Positions 8,209-16,715 of a DNA stretch of 64,000 bases are shown piece after piece (position 1 is the stretch's first letter; each line of letters opens with the position of its first letter). A program made the position numbers and the translations under genes. Under the pieces are notes generated by a model. That model was not told the DNA's origin. It was given only the letters and a program-made list of their open reading frames with translations, and made no database searches. The stretch is from Solirubrobacterales bacterium (lineage in GTDB: Bacteria > Actinomycetota > Thermoleophilia > Solirubrobacterales > 70-9). The DNA lies in the NCBI GenBank assembly GCA_036378275.1, contig DASUWV010000093.1, positions 4,291 through 68,290 of the forward strand, given 5' to 3'.

Positions 8209-8435
8209 TCTGCCTCGCGCGTAGCCTTCGCGCTCAGAAGCTCGTGGCGCCACCTTCGAGGCCTGGTCCGCTTCGGCTTCCGGCGGAACCGGTCTCTCTC
8301 GGTCGCAGGGGGAACCTACGGGGCCTTCCCGTCGCTGTCCAGGGGGCCGGAAGAGGCAATTCCGCAAAACCCGGAGTAATGCTCTGTCCCCACGCGTTAA
8401 AGCTTCGCTGAGGCGCGGCGGCTACCCTCCTTTCC

Positions 8436-9353
8436 GTGCGCATCGAAGAAATCATCGCTGAGCAGAGGCCGACGTTCTCGATCGAGTTCTTCCCGCCGAA
8501 GACGCCCGAGGCGACGGCGGAGCTCTACGAGACGGCGCGGGCGCTGCGCGAGCTCGAGCCCGACTTCGTCTCCGTCACCTACGGGGCCGGCGGCTCGACC
8601 CGCGACGGAACGGTCGAGATCACTAGCGCGCTGAAGGACGAGATCGGCTTCGAGACGATGGCCCACCTCAGCTGCGTCGGCGAGACGACGGAAGGGCTGG
8701 CGACGACGCTCGACCGGATCGAGGCGGCGGGGATCGAGAACGTCTTCGCCCTGCGCGGCGACCCGCCGCGGGGGCAGGAGGACTTCGTCCAGCCCGAGGG
8801 AGGCCTCGGCAGCGCCGCGGAGCTCGCCGCCTTCATCGCGGCGGGCTGGAACTTCGGGATCGGCGGCGCCTGCTTCCCGGAGGTCCACCCGGAGGCGCCC
8901 GACCTGGAGACGGACCTGCGCTACCTGAAGACGAAGGTCGACGCCGGGGCCTCGTTCCTGATCACCCAGCTCTTCTTCGACAACCAGGTCTACTTCGACT
9001 TCGTGCGGGCGGCGCGGGCGCAGGGAATCGAGGTGCCGATCATCGCCGGTGTGATCCCGGTCGCGAGCTTCGCCCAGACGAAGCGGATCTGCGACCTCTG
9101 CGACGCGACGATCCCGCCCCGGCTGGAAGCCGCCTTCGAAGCCGCGGGCGGCGAGCCGGAGCGGGAGTTCGAGCTGGGGATCGCTTACGCCGCGCAGCAA
9201 TGCGCGGAGCTGCTGATCGCCGGCGCGCCGGGGATCCACTTCTACGCGCTCAACCGGGCGCCCGCGACGCGGGCGGTGCTGGGGGCGCTGAAAGCCTCGC
9301 GTCCGTGGGAGCGGGTCCGGGGCGACGCCGCGTCGATGCAGCGAGCCGAATAG
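8436..9353 (+). CDS. metF: Methylenetetrahydrofolate reductase
   Basis: FSIEFFPPKT, VSVTYGAGGSTR, ALRGDPP, FITQLFFD and HFYALNRA motifs. GTG start. Confidence 0.9.
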   Translation: MRIEEIIAEQRPTFSIEFFPPKTPEATAELYETARALRELEPDFVSVTYGAGGSTRDGTVEITSALKDEIGFETMAHLSCVGETTEGLATTLDRIEAAGIENVFALRGDPPRGQEDFVQPEGGLGSAAELAAFIAAGWNFGIGGACFPEVHPEAPDLETDLRYLKTKVDAGASFLITQLFFDNQVYFDFVRAARAQGIEVPIIAGVIPVASFAQTKRICDLCDATIPPRLEAAFEAAGGEPEREFELGIAYAAQQCAELLIAGAPGIHFYALNRAPATRAVLGALKASRPWERVRGDAASMQRAE

Positions 9354-9366
9354 TCTTAAAGCGCTT

Positions 9367-10179
9367 ATGGGTAAGGGAGAGCGGGAACGAGAGCGGCTTC
9401 GCCAAGAGCGGATCGAAGCCGAACAGCGCGAATCGCGAGGCGACAGCAAACGCCTGGTGCTGGCCTACGGCATCGGCGCGGTCGTGGTCGTGGCGATCGT
9501 CGTGGCGGTCATCGTCATCGCCGGCAGCGGCGGGGGCGGGGGCGGTGAAGGCGGCGACGCCCACATCAACGTCAACACCCAGATGGGGTCGACGAACGGC
9601 GTCCAGCCCGACGAACGCGAAGGCATCCCGCCGCCGCCCGCCCATGTGACGAACGTGAAACAGGCGGCGAAGGAAGCGGGCTGCAAACTCCAGCTGCACC
9701 TCAAGGACGAGGGGCACAACCACATCCCGCAGAACTCGCCGGAGCCGAAATACAAAACCAACCCGCCGACCTCCGGCGAACACGCCGAACCGCCCTTCCA
9801 GCAGGCCGACGGCGCCTACCTCGAAGAGCCGAAGCCGATCGACTTCGTCCACTCGCTGGAGCACGGGCGGATGGAGATCCAGTACGCGCCGAGCCTGCCG
9901 GAAAAGGAGCAGCTCGAACTGAAGGGCCTCTACGACACGATGTACGGGGCGACCCTGCTCTTCCCGAACAAGGAAATGCCGTTCCAGGTGGCGGCGACGA
10001 CCTGGACCAACCTGCTCGGCTGCTCCGAATACAAAGGCGCGAAGACGCTCGACGCGATCCGCGCCTTCGGCAAAGAAACCTGGGGCAAGTACGGCGGCGA
10101 GAACGTCTTCGGCTTCAAATTCACCGGCCCGACCCCGGCGGAACCCGAAGAACCGACGACGACCGCCTCGACCGAATAG
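9367..10179 (+). CDS. Membrane-anchored DUF3105-like protein
   Basis: Charged N-terminus, one TM helix (LVLAYGIGAVVVVAIVVAVIVIAG) and an extracytoplasmic domain with VHSLEHGRMEIQYAP and WTNLLGC. The family assignment is from memory. Confidence 0.5.
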   Translation: MGKGERERERLRQERIEAEQRESRGDSKRLVLAYGIGAVVVVAIVVAVIVIAGSGGGGGGEGGDAHINVNTQMGSTNGVQPDEREGIPPPPAHVTNVKQAAKEAGCKLQLHLKDEGHNHIPQNSPEPKYKTNPPTSGEHAEPPFQQADGAYLEEPKPIDFVHSLEHGRMEIQYAPSLPEKEQLELKGLYDTMYGATLLFPNKEMPFQVAATTWTNLLGCSEYKGAKTLDAIRAFGKETWGKYGGENVFGFKFTGPTPAEPEEPTTTASTE

Positions 10180-10180
10180 G

Positions 10181-11104
10181 TCAGGCCCTGTAGGCGGGGA
10201 AGAAGCCGCCGGCTTCGCGGCCGGCGCTCAGCCGCTCGTACTTCTCCCGGTCGCAGACGAGCTCGGAGGTGAGCCAGGCCTGTCGGCGGTTGGCGAAGCC
10301 GCGCTTGAACTCCTCGAGCGCGTCGCCCGCGGTGATGCCGCCGCCGAGGTTGAGCGGCAGCCCGAGCTCGGATGAGAGCTCAACGAGCCGGGCGACGACG
10401 TTCTTCATCGGGGCGCTGCGGAGGTGGTCGTCGGCGCTGCCGCTGAGGTAGTAGTGGAGGTAGCCGTCACTGACGGCGGCGATCGAGGCGGCGGCGAGGT
10501 CGCCGTCGGGGCTACGGAGGAGGACGAGCCAGGTGCGGTCGGCGGCGAGGATGCGGTCGAAGTAGGAGAGCCCGAAGAAGTAGTGCCCGGCGGCGCCGGT
10601 GCGCCGCATCGTCTGCTCGTAGACCTCGTTGAACCCGGCGCGCTGCTCGGAAGCGGTCTCACTCCCGAGCACCAACTCCAGCTCGTATCCAGCTTCGAGG
10701 TTGCGTCGGACCTGCCGGCGATCGCTAGGTCGGCTCTTCGCCGGCAGCTCAGGATCCGCAATCTGAACAACATTGCGCTCGGTCGCCCCTATCAATGGCG
10801 AAGGCCCGAGCGCGTGGCGAATGAAGACGCTGACCAGGCCCGTCCCCGAGAAGTCGATCGCGGCCGGATCGACACCAGCCGTGGAACCCACCAACCCCGG
10901 ATATCCGTAAGGGGAAACTGCATCGCGCTCGTTCGTCCCAGGTATGTCCCGGACGATCAGGGGGGCGACAAGCTCCCCTTCCTTGAACTCGATGCGCAGC
11001 GTGTGGGTGGCGCCCTCGGCGGCGAGGAACGGGCGTGAGCGGAAGAACTGGTCGTCGGCCGCCGCCTCCCCGCGGTCGGCGAGCAGCTCGGCCCTGGCGC
11101 TCAC
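10181..11104 (-). CDS. FemAB-like / GNAT-fold acyltransferase family protein
   Basis: C-terminal LHYYLSGSADDHLRSAPMKNV...EEFKRGFANR resembles FemAB/BioF2-like acetyltransferase domains. Its start overlaps the upstream GNAT gene by 4 nt. Confidence 0.45.
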   Translation of the reverse strand: MSARAELLADRGEAAADDQFFRSRPFLAAEGATHTLRIEFKEGELVAPLIVRDIPGTNERDAVSPYGYPGLVGSTAGVDPAAIDFSGTGLVSVFIRHALGPSPLIGATERNVVQIADPELPAKSRPSDRRQVRRNLEAGYELELVLGSETASEQRAGFNEVYEQTMRRTGAAGHYFFGLSYFDRILAADRTWLVLLRSPDGDLAAASIAAVSDGYLHYYLSGSADDHLRSAPMKNVVARLVELSSELGLPLNLGGGITAGDALEEFKRGFANRRQAWLTSELVCDREKYERLSAGREAGGFFPAYRA

Positions 11105-11652
11105 TCGAGCAGGTCCGCGGCGGCGGCGCGGAACTCGTCGGGGAGCACACCCCAGACCTCGCAGTCGTCCGGCGGCCCGTCGCGGCGCGCCAGGTGCGCG
11201 CGCATCGTCCCCTCGTGCTTCCAGCCGAGGCCGGCGACGGTCTTCTTAGCCACCTCGTTGCGGGCGGGGATGCGGCCGTAGACGCGGTGGGCGCCGTACT
11301 CGTCGAAGGCCTTGGCGATCGTCAGCGCCTCGGCGCGGCGGCCGACGCCCTTGCCGCGCACGTCGTCGCCGATCAGCGCCCCCAGCTCGGGGGCGGTCTG
11401 ACGGAAGAGCCCGTAGAGGGCGGTGAAGCCGACCGGCTCCTCGTAGCCCTCGACCTCGATCGCGAACTTGCGGTCCTCGCCCGAGTCGTCCATCGCCCGC
11501 CGCGTCCACGCCTCCGCCTGCGCCAGGGTGAACTCATCCCGCTGCTCCATCAGCGACTGCGTCGCCTGCGGGTTGTTGAACCAGCGGTGGACGGCGGGGG
11601 CGTCGTCCTCACGGAAGGGACGCAGCGAGACGGTGGGTCGCTCGGTGCTCAC
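11101..11652 (-). CDS. GNAT family N-acetyltransferase (RimJ/RimL-like)
   Basis: LRPFREDDAPAVHRWFNNPQ and GDDVRGKGVGRRAEALTIAKAFDEYGAHRVYGRIPARNEVAKK. Confidence 0.8.
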   Translation of the reverse strand: MSTERPTVSLRPFREDDAPAVHRWFNNPQATQSLMEQRDEFTLAQAEAWTRRAMDDSGEDRKFAIEVEGYEEPVGFTALYGLFRQTAPELGALIGDDVRGKGVGRRAEALTIAKAFDEYGAHRVYGRIPARNEVAKKTVAGLGWKHEGTMRAHLARRDGPPDDCEVWGVLPDEFRAAAADLLE

Positions 11653-11685
11653 GCGGAGAACCCTATGTGGCCTACCGCTGATCCG

Positions 11686-12015
11686 TCAGGCGAGTACCGG
11701 CGCGTCAACTCGACGTCGCTCAAGAGCTTTCAGGACAACTCGCTCTACCTCTGGCGAGGCACCGGAAACGCTTATGGCGAAGGTAACTTCCCCGGTCTTG
11801 ATTTCTTCGGCGAGGCGTGCGACGAACTCGTCTGCGAACGAATGGCTGGTGCTGAGGATCCCGGAGAAGTCAAGGGCTACTACCGTCGCGTTTCCCGCCT
11901 TTTGGACGAGATCCGTTCGCAGTTCCTGGCCGAGGGGTCGGGTCGCGAGAGTTTTACCGTGCTCTGCGAGTGCGTAGCTATACGCCATTCGCTGCCTCCT
12001 CTCGAACGGTTCCAA
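11686..12015 (-). CDS. STAS-like small protein (DUF4325-type), 109 aa
   Basis: VVALDFSGILSTSHSFADEFVARL resembles the STAS/DUF4325 core. It lies in a low-GC islet directly downstream of the GHKL ATPase gene. Confidence 0.55.
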   Translation of the reverse strand: MEPFERRQRMAYSYALAEHGKTLATRPLGQELRTDLVQKAGNATVVALDFSGILSTSHSFADEFVARLAEEIKTGEVTFAISVSGASPEVERVVLKALERRRVDAPVLA

Positions 12016-12047
12016 GTCAAACCGATATTAGAAGAACTGCCGGAGGG

Positions 12048-12911
12048 TCAAACCGAGACGAGGTCATAGGTGATCCAAGTTCCACGCCGGAACCGAGTCG
12101 CAGGAAGAACCTCTAGCTTCGGATTCTCCTGCACGGTCTGAATCCGGCAGAACCCATTGGCGGAAAGGATGTCCATCCTCCCCGCATGCAATGAAGTCGT
12201 CAAGGCTGCTTCGAAGACGGAGGAGAACCCGATTCCGCGATGAGGGTCGTTGGTCCCGCTGACGCTTTCCCTGGTCGCGTGTGCGATTGCCCAACCGTCA
12301 TCGCTCCACTCGGGATATCGCCGCCGGATGTGCTCAGGGATTCCCATACCGAGATCGCTGATGGCAATCGTCACCTGTCGCCTCGGCTCGGTTACTCGGC
12401 GAACCGCAGCGAAGGCGCCAAGCTCGTTCTCCCCATGATCGATCGCGTTGGCGCAAAGCTCTGACACCGCCATGAAGGCGGCGTGGCCGAGGGGCGAGAC
12501 GTCATGCAGCTGATATTCGAGGATCTCCCGAGTTCGTTCCGCCACCTCCTCCACGTCGAGGAACTCCTTCACGCAGGTAACCGGCATGATCGTGTCCTCT
12601 TCGGAAGGGGGTGGCAGGGCTGGATCAATGGACATCGCCTCGAAAACCTGCCTTGCCCGAGAGTCGCTTGGGGGAGTGGTCTTGACTTCTCGGCCCGCCC
12701 CTCTGTGCCACTCGATGAACATCCTTAGGCGAACCGCAAACATCGGATGAATAGGAAGCTGGAGCCGAGCGCAATCGAGCTCGATCCTGTCGGGCAGCTC
12801 ATGCGCAAGCGGAAAGTCGTCTCTCCAGCCATCGCGGGCGCCGCGCGGACCTATTTCTTTTATCCAACCCACTCGACTCACCCTAGGTAGTCGTGCGGCG
12901 TCCGCAGTCAA
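12048..12911 (-). CDS. GHKL (histidine kinase-like / RsbW-SpoIIAB-like) ATPase with an N-terminal STAS-like region, 287 aa; the start codon is uncertain
   Basis: N box ELCANAIDHG, G1 box ISDLGMGIP and G2 box HRGIGFSSV. The TTG start at 12911 is uncertain because GTG alternatives lie downstream. Hand counts give 34/60 GC in each of 12061..12120 and 12121..12180. Confidence 0.6.
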   Translation of the reverse strand: MTADAARLPRVSRVGWIKEIGPRGARDGWRDDFPLAHELPDRIELDCARLQLPIHPMFAVRLRMFIEWHRGAGREVKTTPPSDSRARQVFEAMSIDPALPPPSEEDTIMPVTCVKEFLDVEEVAERTREILEYQLHDVSPLGHAAFMAVSELCANAIDHGENELGAFAAVRRVTEPRRQVTIAISDLGMGIPEHIRRRYPEWSDDGWAIAHATRESVSGTNDPHRGIGFSSVFEAALTTSLHAGRMDILSANGFCRIQTVQENPKLEVLPATRFRRGTWITYDLVSV

Positions 12912-12912
12912 T

Positions 12913-13476
12913 TCAATCCGGAGCCAGGCCCTGCCCCGTCAGGACGAGCCAGGCGGTCTTGGCGAGGATGCGGAGGTCGAGGGCGGGGGTACGGTGGTCG
13001 ACGTACCAGACGTCGAGCTCGATCCGCTCCTCCCAGGGGATGCCGGCGCGGCCCTGGACCTGGGCCCAGCCGGTGATCCCGGGAAGGACCTCGTGGCGGC
13101 GTTTCTGACGCGGGGTGTAGTCGTCGACCTGGGCCGGGATCGTCGGGCGGGGGCCGACGATCGCCATCTCTCCGCGGAGGACGTTGACGAGGTTCGGGAT
13201 CTCGTCGAGCGAGGTGCGGCGGAGGAAGCGGCCCGGGCGAGTGACGCGGGGGTCGTCGCGGTAGACGACTTTGCCGACGCCGACGGGGTCGGAGCCCTGG
13301 ACCATGGTCCGCAGCTTCCACATCTCGAACTCGCGGCCGCCGAGGCCGACCCGCCGCTGGCGGTAGACCACCGGCCCGGGGCTGGTCAGCTTGATCGCGA
13401 TCGCGGCGACCAGGAGCAGCGGCGAGAGGACCGCGAGGGCGAGGGCGGCGACGAGGAGGTCGAAGGCGCGTGGCAT
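12913..13476 (-). CDS. Polyprenyl-phosphate sugar phosphotransferase (small WbaP/PglC-type initiating sugar transferase)
   Basis: MPRAFDLLVAALALAVLSPLLL...SPGPVVYRQRRVG...EFEMWKLRTM...DEIPNLVNVLRGEMAIVGPRP. The ORF-track N-terminal extension was trimmed to the ATG at 13476. Confidence 0.85.
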   Translation of the reverse strand: MPRAFDLLVAALALAVLSPLLLVAAIAIKLTSPGPVVYRQRRVGLGGREFEMWKLRTMVQGSDPVGVGKVVYRDDPRVTRPGRFLRRTSLDEIPNLVNVLRGEMAIVGPRPTIPAQVDDYTPRQKRRHEVLPGITGWAQVQGRAGIPWEERIELDVWYVDHRTPALDLRILAKTAWLVLTGQGLAPD

Positions 13477-14615
13477 CAGCGGGTGCCCTCCGCCTTCTCC
13501 CAGCGTCCGCCCGCTCCGTGGCGGAAGCGGTCCCAGAGGCCGGCGGCGATCGAGGCGGTAGTCAGCAGGTAATAGCGGGCGATGCGGAAGGGTCCGATCG
13601 GCACCGAGCGGCCGAGCAGGGCGGCGGCGATGAAGGCGAGCTGGAGGACGAAGGTCAGCACGTAGAACCAGCCACTGCCGAGGAGGTAGGCGTTGGCGAG
13701 GAGCGAGAGGACGTGCAGCAGCGGGCTGAGGTAGCGCAGCAGCCGGTGCGAGACGATCTCGAAGGCGTACAGCGGCGGGTAGCCGCGCGGCGAGACCATC
13801 CCTTCGCCGACGACGATGTCCCAGAGGCCGACCATCATCCGGCGTTTGCGGGCGAACTCGCCCTCGATGCTCGGCACCATCTTCTCCTCGGCGCGGGCGT
13901 CGGCCGCATACAGCGAGCGACGGCGGTGCTTGGCGAGGAGGAAGGGGAAGCTGAGGTCGTGGCTGCCGGAGGCGGCGAGGGGGATGTAGGCGTCGCGGCG
14001 CACGGCGTAGATCGCCCCGTTGCCGCCGGTGACGCCGGCCAGCGCCGACTCCATCTCCCTCACGCTCATCTCGTAGCGCCAGTAGGCCCCCTCGAGGTTG
14101 TCGCCGCCGGGGTCGAGGAAGCGGACCGCTCCGCAGACGTAGCCGACCCCCGGGTCGGCGAAGGGAGCGACGAGGCGTCGCAAGGCATCGCAGGCCCAGA
14201 CGCTGTTGGCGTCGGAGAAGGCGAGGATCTCCCCGGCCGCCTGCTCGGCGGCGGCGTTCAGCGCGGCGACCTTGCCGCCCGGCGGCAGCTCGAGCACGAG
14301 GCTGGCGCCAGCCGCTCGGGCGCGCTCGGCGGTGGCGTCGGTGGAGCCGTCGGAGGCGACGATGACCTGCAGGCGCTCGCGCGGATAGTCGAGGGCGAGG
14401 GCGTTGGCGATTTTCGCCGCGACCACCTCCTCCTCGTCGTAGGCGGGGACGATCAGGGAGACCGTGGGGAGATCTTCTGCTTGCCATGCAGAAGGTCGAG
14501 GGTTCGTATCCCTTTTTAGTCGCATCAACGCTGCCAGCACCAGCGGGTAGCCGAGGTGGGTGTAGAGGAGCAGGCCCGCGCTGAGCCAGAAGAGGGCCGC
14601 AGCGAGGGTGGTCAT
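13476..14615 (-). CDS. Family 2 glycosyltransferase (membrane-associated)
   Basis: VSLIVPAYDEEEVV...VASDGSTD...FSDAN plus C-terminal TM helices. The start was trimmed to MTTLAAALFW (ATGA overlap with the upstream gene). Confidence 0.85.
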   Translation of the reverse strand: MTTLAAALFWLSAGLLLYTHLGYPLVLAALMRLKRDTNPRPSAWQAEDLPTVSLIVPAYDEEEVVAAKIANALALDYPRERLQVIVASDGSTDATAERARAAGASLVLELPPGGKVAALNAAAEQAAGEILAFSDANSVWACDALRRLVAPFADPGVGYVCGAVRFLDPGGDNLEGAYWRYEMSVREMESALAGVTGGNGAIYAVRRDAYIPLAASGSHDLSFPFLLAKHRRRSLYAADARAEEKMVPSIEGEFARKRRMMVGLWDIVVGEGMVSPRGYPPLYAFEIVSHRLLRYLSPLLHVLSLLANAYLLGSGWFYVLTFVLQLAFIAAALLGRSVPIGPFRIARYYLLTTASIAAGLWDRFRHGAGGRWEKAEGTR

Positions 14616-15745
14616 CCGCGCGCCTCGATCAGCTCGCAGTAGAGGTCGAGGGTGCGGCGGGCGGCCTCGTCCCAGGAGAAGGGGCCGGCGGCGGCGCGGG
14701 TTGCGGCGGCGGCGAGCTCGGCGCGCGCGGCCTCGTCGCCGGCCAGCTCCTCCAGCGCCGCGGCGAGCGCCGGCGTGTCGCCGGGCGGGACCAGACGGGC
14801 GGCGCCTGCCTCGGCCACCTCGGGGAAGCCACCGACCGCGCTCAGCACCATCGGCTTGCCGAAGGCGAGCGCCGTGTAGAGGACGCCGGAGTGCTCGGCG
14901 TCGAGGTAGGGGAGGACGACGAGGTCGGCGCGGCGGAAGATCGCCGGGATCTCGGCCTCCTCGACGAAGCGGGTGACGAAGCGGACGCGGCCCTGGGCTT
15001 GGTCGGCCAGCTCGCGCAGCGGCGCGACGTCCATCCGCGGGTTGCCGACGACCCACAGCTCCGGCGCGACGGTTCCCATCCGGGCGGCGGCGGCGCCGAA
15101 GGCGGCGAGCAGGTACTCGATCCCCTTGTAGGGACGGAGAAGGCCGAAGGAGAGGATCACCGGCCCCTCCGCGCCCTCCAGCTCGGCCGACAGCGGCTTC
15201 TCCTCGGGCAGCCTGGTCAGGTAGTCGAAGGCGCCGTGGGGGATGACGCGGACCTTGCCCGGGTCGAGGCCGACCTCGTCGCGAAGCCGGGCGGCGCCGT
15301 GCTCGGAGTGGGCGACGACGGCGTCCATCGCGCCGAAGACACGGCGGGCGGAGCGGGCCTGTCGGCGACTCGGGCTCGGCGGCAGGATGTAGTGGGCGGT
15401 CATCACCCGCGGGCGGAGCGGCGGCAACAGGCGGACGTCGAGCGGCGGGATCGTCAGCCACTGGTAGTGGACGACGTCGGCATCGACCGCACGGCGGAGG
15501 CGGAGCATGTCGGGGAGGTGCTCGGCGGCCTTGAACGGGAGCCGCGCCGGCGCCTCGAGGCCCCGGGCGGCGGCGCGGCGGTAGAAGAGCTCATCGACCC
15601 GATAGCCCTCCGGCTCGGGCACCGGCCCGTAGAGGAAGCGGGTGGTGAGCAGCTCGACCTCGGCGCCGGCGCGCGCGAGCGCGGCCGCGAGCGCGCGGTC
15701 GTAGGGCGGCGTGAACGCCGAGGGGTCGACGAGTTGGATCTTCAT
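14612..15745 (-). CDS. Family 4 (GT-B) glycosyltransferase
   Basis: MKIQLVDPSAFTPPYD..., the C-terminal EHSGVLYTALAFGKPMVLSAVGGFPEV motif and an ADLVVLPY-type region. An alternative start at 15775 is possible. Confidence 0.8.
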   Translation of the reverse strand: MKIQLVDPSAFTPPYDRALAAALARAGAEVELLTTRFLYGPVPEPEGYRVDELFYRRAAARGLEAPARLPFKAAEHLPDMLRLRRAVDADVVHYQWLTIPPLDVRLLPPLRPRVMTAHYILPPSPSRRQARSARRVFGAMDAVVAHSEHGAARLRDEVGLDPGKVRVIPHGAFDYLTRLPEEKPLSAELEGAEGPVILSFGLLRPYKGIEYLLAAFGAAAARMGTVAPELWVVGNPRMDVAPLRELADQAQGRVRFVTRFVEEAEIPAIFRRADLVVLPYLDAEHSGVLYTALAFGKPMVLSAVGGFPEVAEAGAARLVPPGDTPALAAALEELAGDEAARAELAAAATRAAAGPFSWDEAARRTLDLYCELIEARG

Positions 15746-15791
15746 ATTGAGTTGTGCGCGGCAAACGCCGCACACTCACCGGCGGATTATC

Positions 15792-16715
15792 GTGAGCGCC
15801 TTGCCACCACTGCTCTCCTACTGCGTCGTGAACACGAACGGCCGCGATTACCTGCTCGCCTGCCTGGCGGCGATCGAGCGTGCGCACCCGGACGACGTCG
15901 AACGCGAGATCCTCGTCCTCGACAACGCCTCGGAGGACGGCTCGGCCGAGGCGGTGCGGGCGCTCGGCGGCGAGATCCGCCTGATCGCGCTCGAGCGCCG
16001 CGCCGGCAAGGCGGAGAACGACTCGACGCTGATGCGGGAGGCTCAGGGCAGGTACTGCCTGCTGCTGAACGAGGACTCGGAGCTGCGCCCCGGCGCGGTC
16101 GAGGCGCTCCTGTCGGTTATGGAGCGGGAACCGAAAGCGGCGGCGGCGACCGCGCAGCTGCTCGACTCGGACGGCCGCCCCGTCCCCTGCGCCTGGCGCT
16201 TTCCGGGAGTCGGCACGGCGCTCGCGGGGGCGCTCTTCCTCCACCGCCGGCTGACCGTGCAGAGCAAGGGCCATGCGGTGCGGAGCGTCGACTGGGCGCA
16301 GTCGAGCGCGCTGATGGTGCGGCGGGAGGCGGCGGAGCAGGTCGGCTACATGGACCCCGAGTTCTTCGTCTACTACGACGAGTGCGACTTCGCCAAGCGC
16401 CTGCGCGAGGCCGGCTGGCACTCGCTCTACGTCCCCGCCGCCGAGGCCGTCCACCACGACCAGCTCTCGACCGACCTCGCCAAGGGCATTCCCCGGATCG
16501 TCGAATTCCACCGCAACCGCGACCTCTACATGCGAAAGCACCACGGGCGCGGAGCGGCGCTGGCGGTCCGGGTCCTCACCGCCTGGTCATACGCCGCGCG
16601 GGCGCTGGCCGCGAGCGTGCTACCGAAACAGCCCGCCCCCGTCTACTGGGCCCACGCCCGCCAAGCGCTCTTCCCCAGCCGCGGCGAGTCCCTCCGCGAC
16701 CGCGCCGCTCACTAA
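15792..16715 (+). CDS. Family 2 glycosyltransferase (rhamnosyltransferase-like)
   Basis: SYCVVNTNGRDYLLACL...LDNASEDGS...LNEDSEL...FFVYYDECDF. A GTG start at 15792 is preferred over the 15711 extension. Confidence 0.8.
   Translation: MSALPPLLSYCVVNTNGRDYLLACLAAIERAHPDDVEREILVLDNASEDGSAEAVRALGGEIRLIALERRAGKAENDSTLMREAQGRYCLLLNEDSELRPGAVEALLSVMEREPKAAAATAQLLDSDGRPVPCAWRFPGVGTALAGALFLHRRLTVQSKGHAVRSVDWAQSSALMVRREAAEQVGYMDPEFFVYYDECDFAKRLREAGWHSLYVPAAEAVHHDQLSTDLAKGIPRIVEFHRNRDLYMRKHHGRGAALAVRVLTAWSYAARALAASVLPKQPAPVYWAHARQALFPSRGESLRDRAAH

Noticed and set aside
8213-8435. Possible SAM, THF or cobalamin riboswitch upstream of metF or on the opposite strand.
   Set aside because: There are only scattered short resemblances (for example ACGCGTTAAAG...GCGCGG, GACGGGAAGGC, GAGAGAGACCGG). 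No complete set of conserved elements for any class could be assembled by eye. An Infernal/Rfam scan is needed, so no family is claimed.
9651-9662. parS half-sites (GAACGTGAAACA here; GTTTCAC-containing segments near 19812 and 50890).
   Set aside because: Only one half of the palindrome matches and the other half is unrelated. All lie inside coding sequence.
12913-15461. Long N-terminal extensions in the ORF track (524-aa and 661-aa versions of the sugar transferase and GT2). The same applies to 23412..24380, 25363..27024, 54716..56251, 58515..59945, 58608..59819 and 61369..63159.
   Set aside because: The extensions are Arg/Pro-rich and overlap the preceding gene. The conserved protein begins at an internal start that forms a typical ATGA/GTGA/TGATG coupling with the upstream stop, so the coordinates were trimmed.
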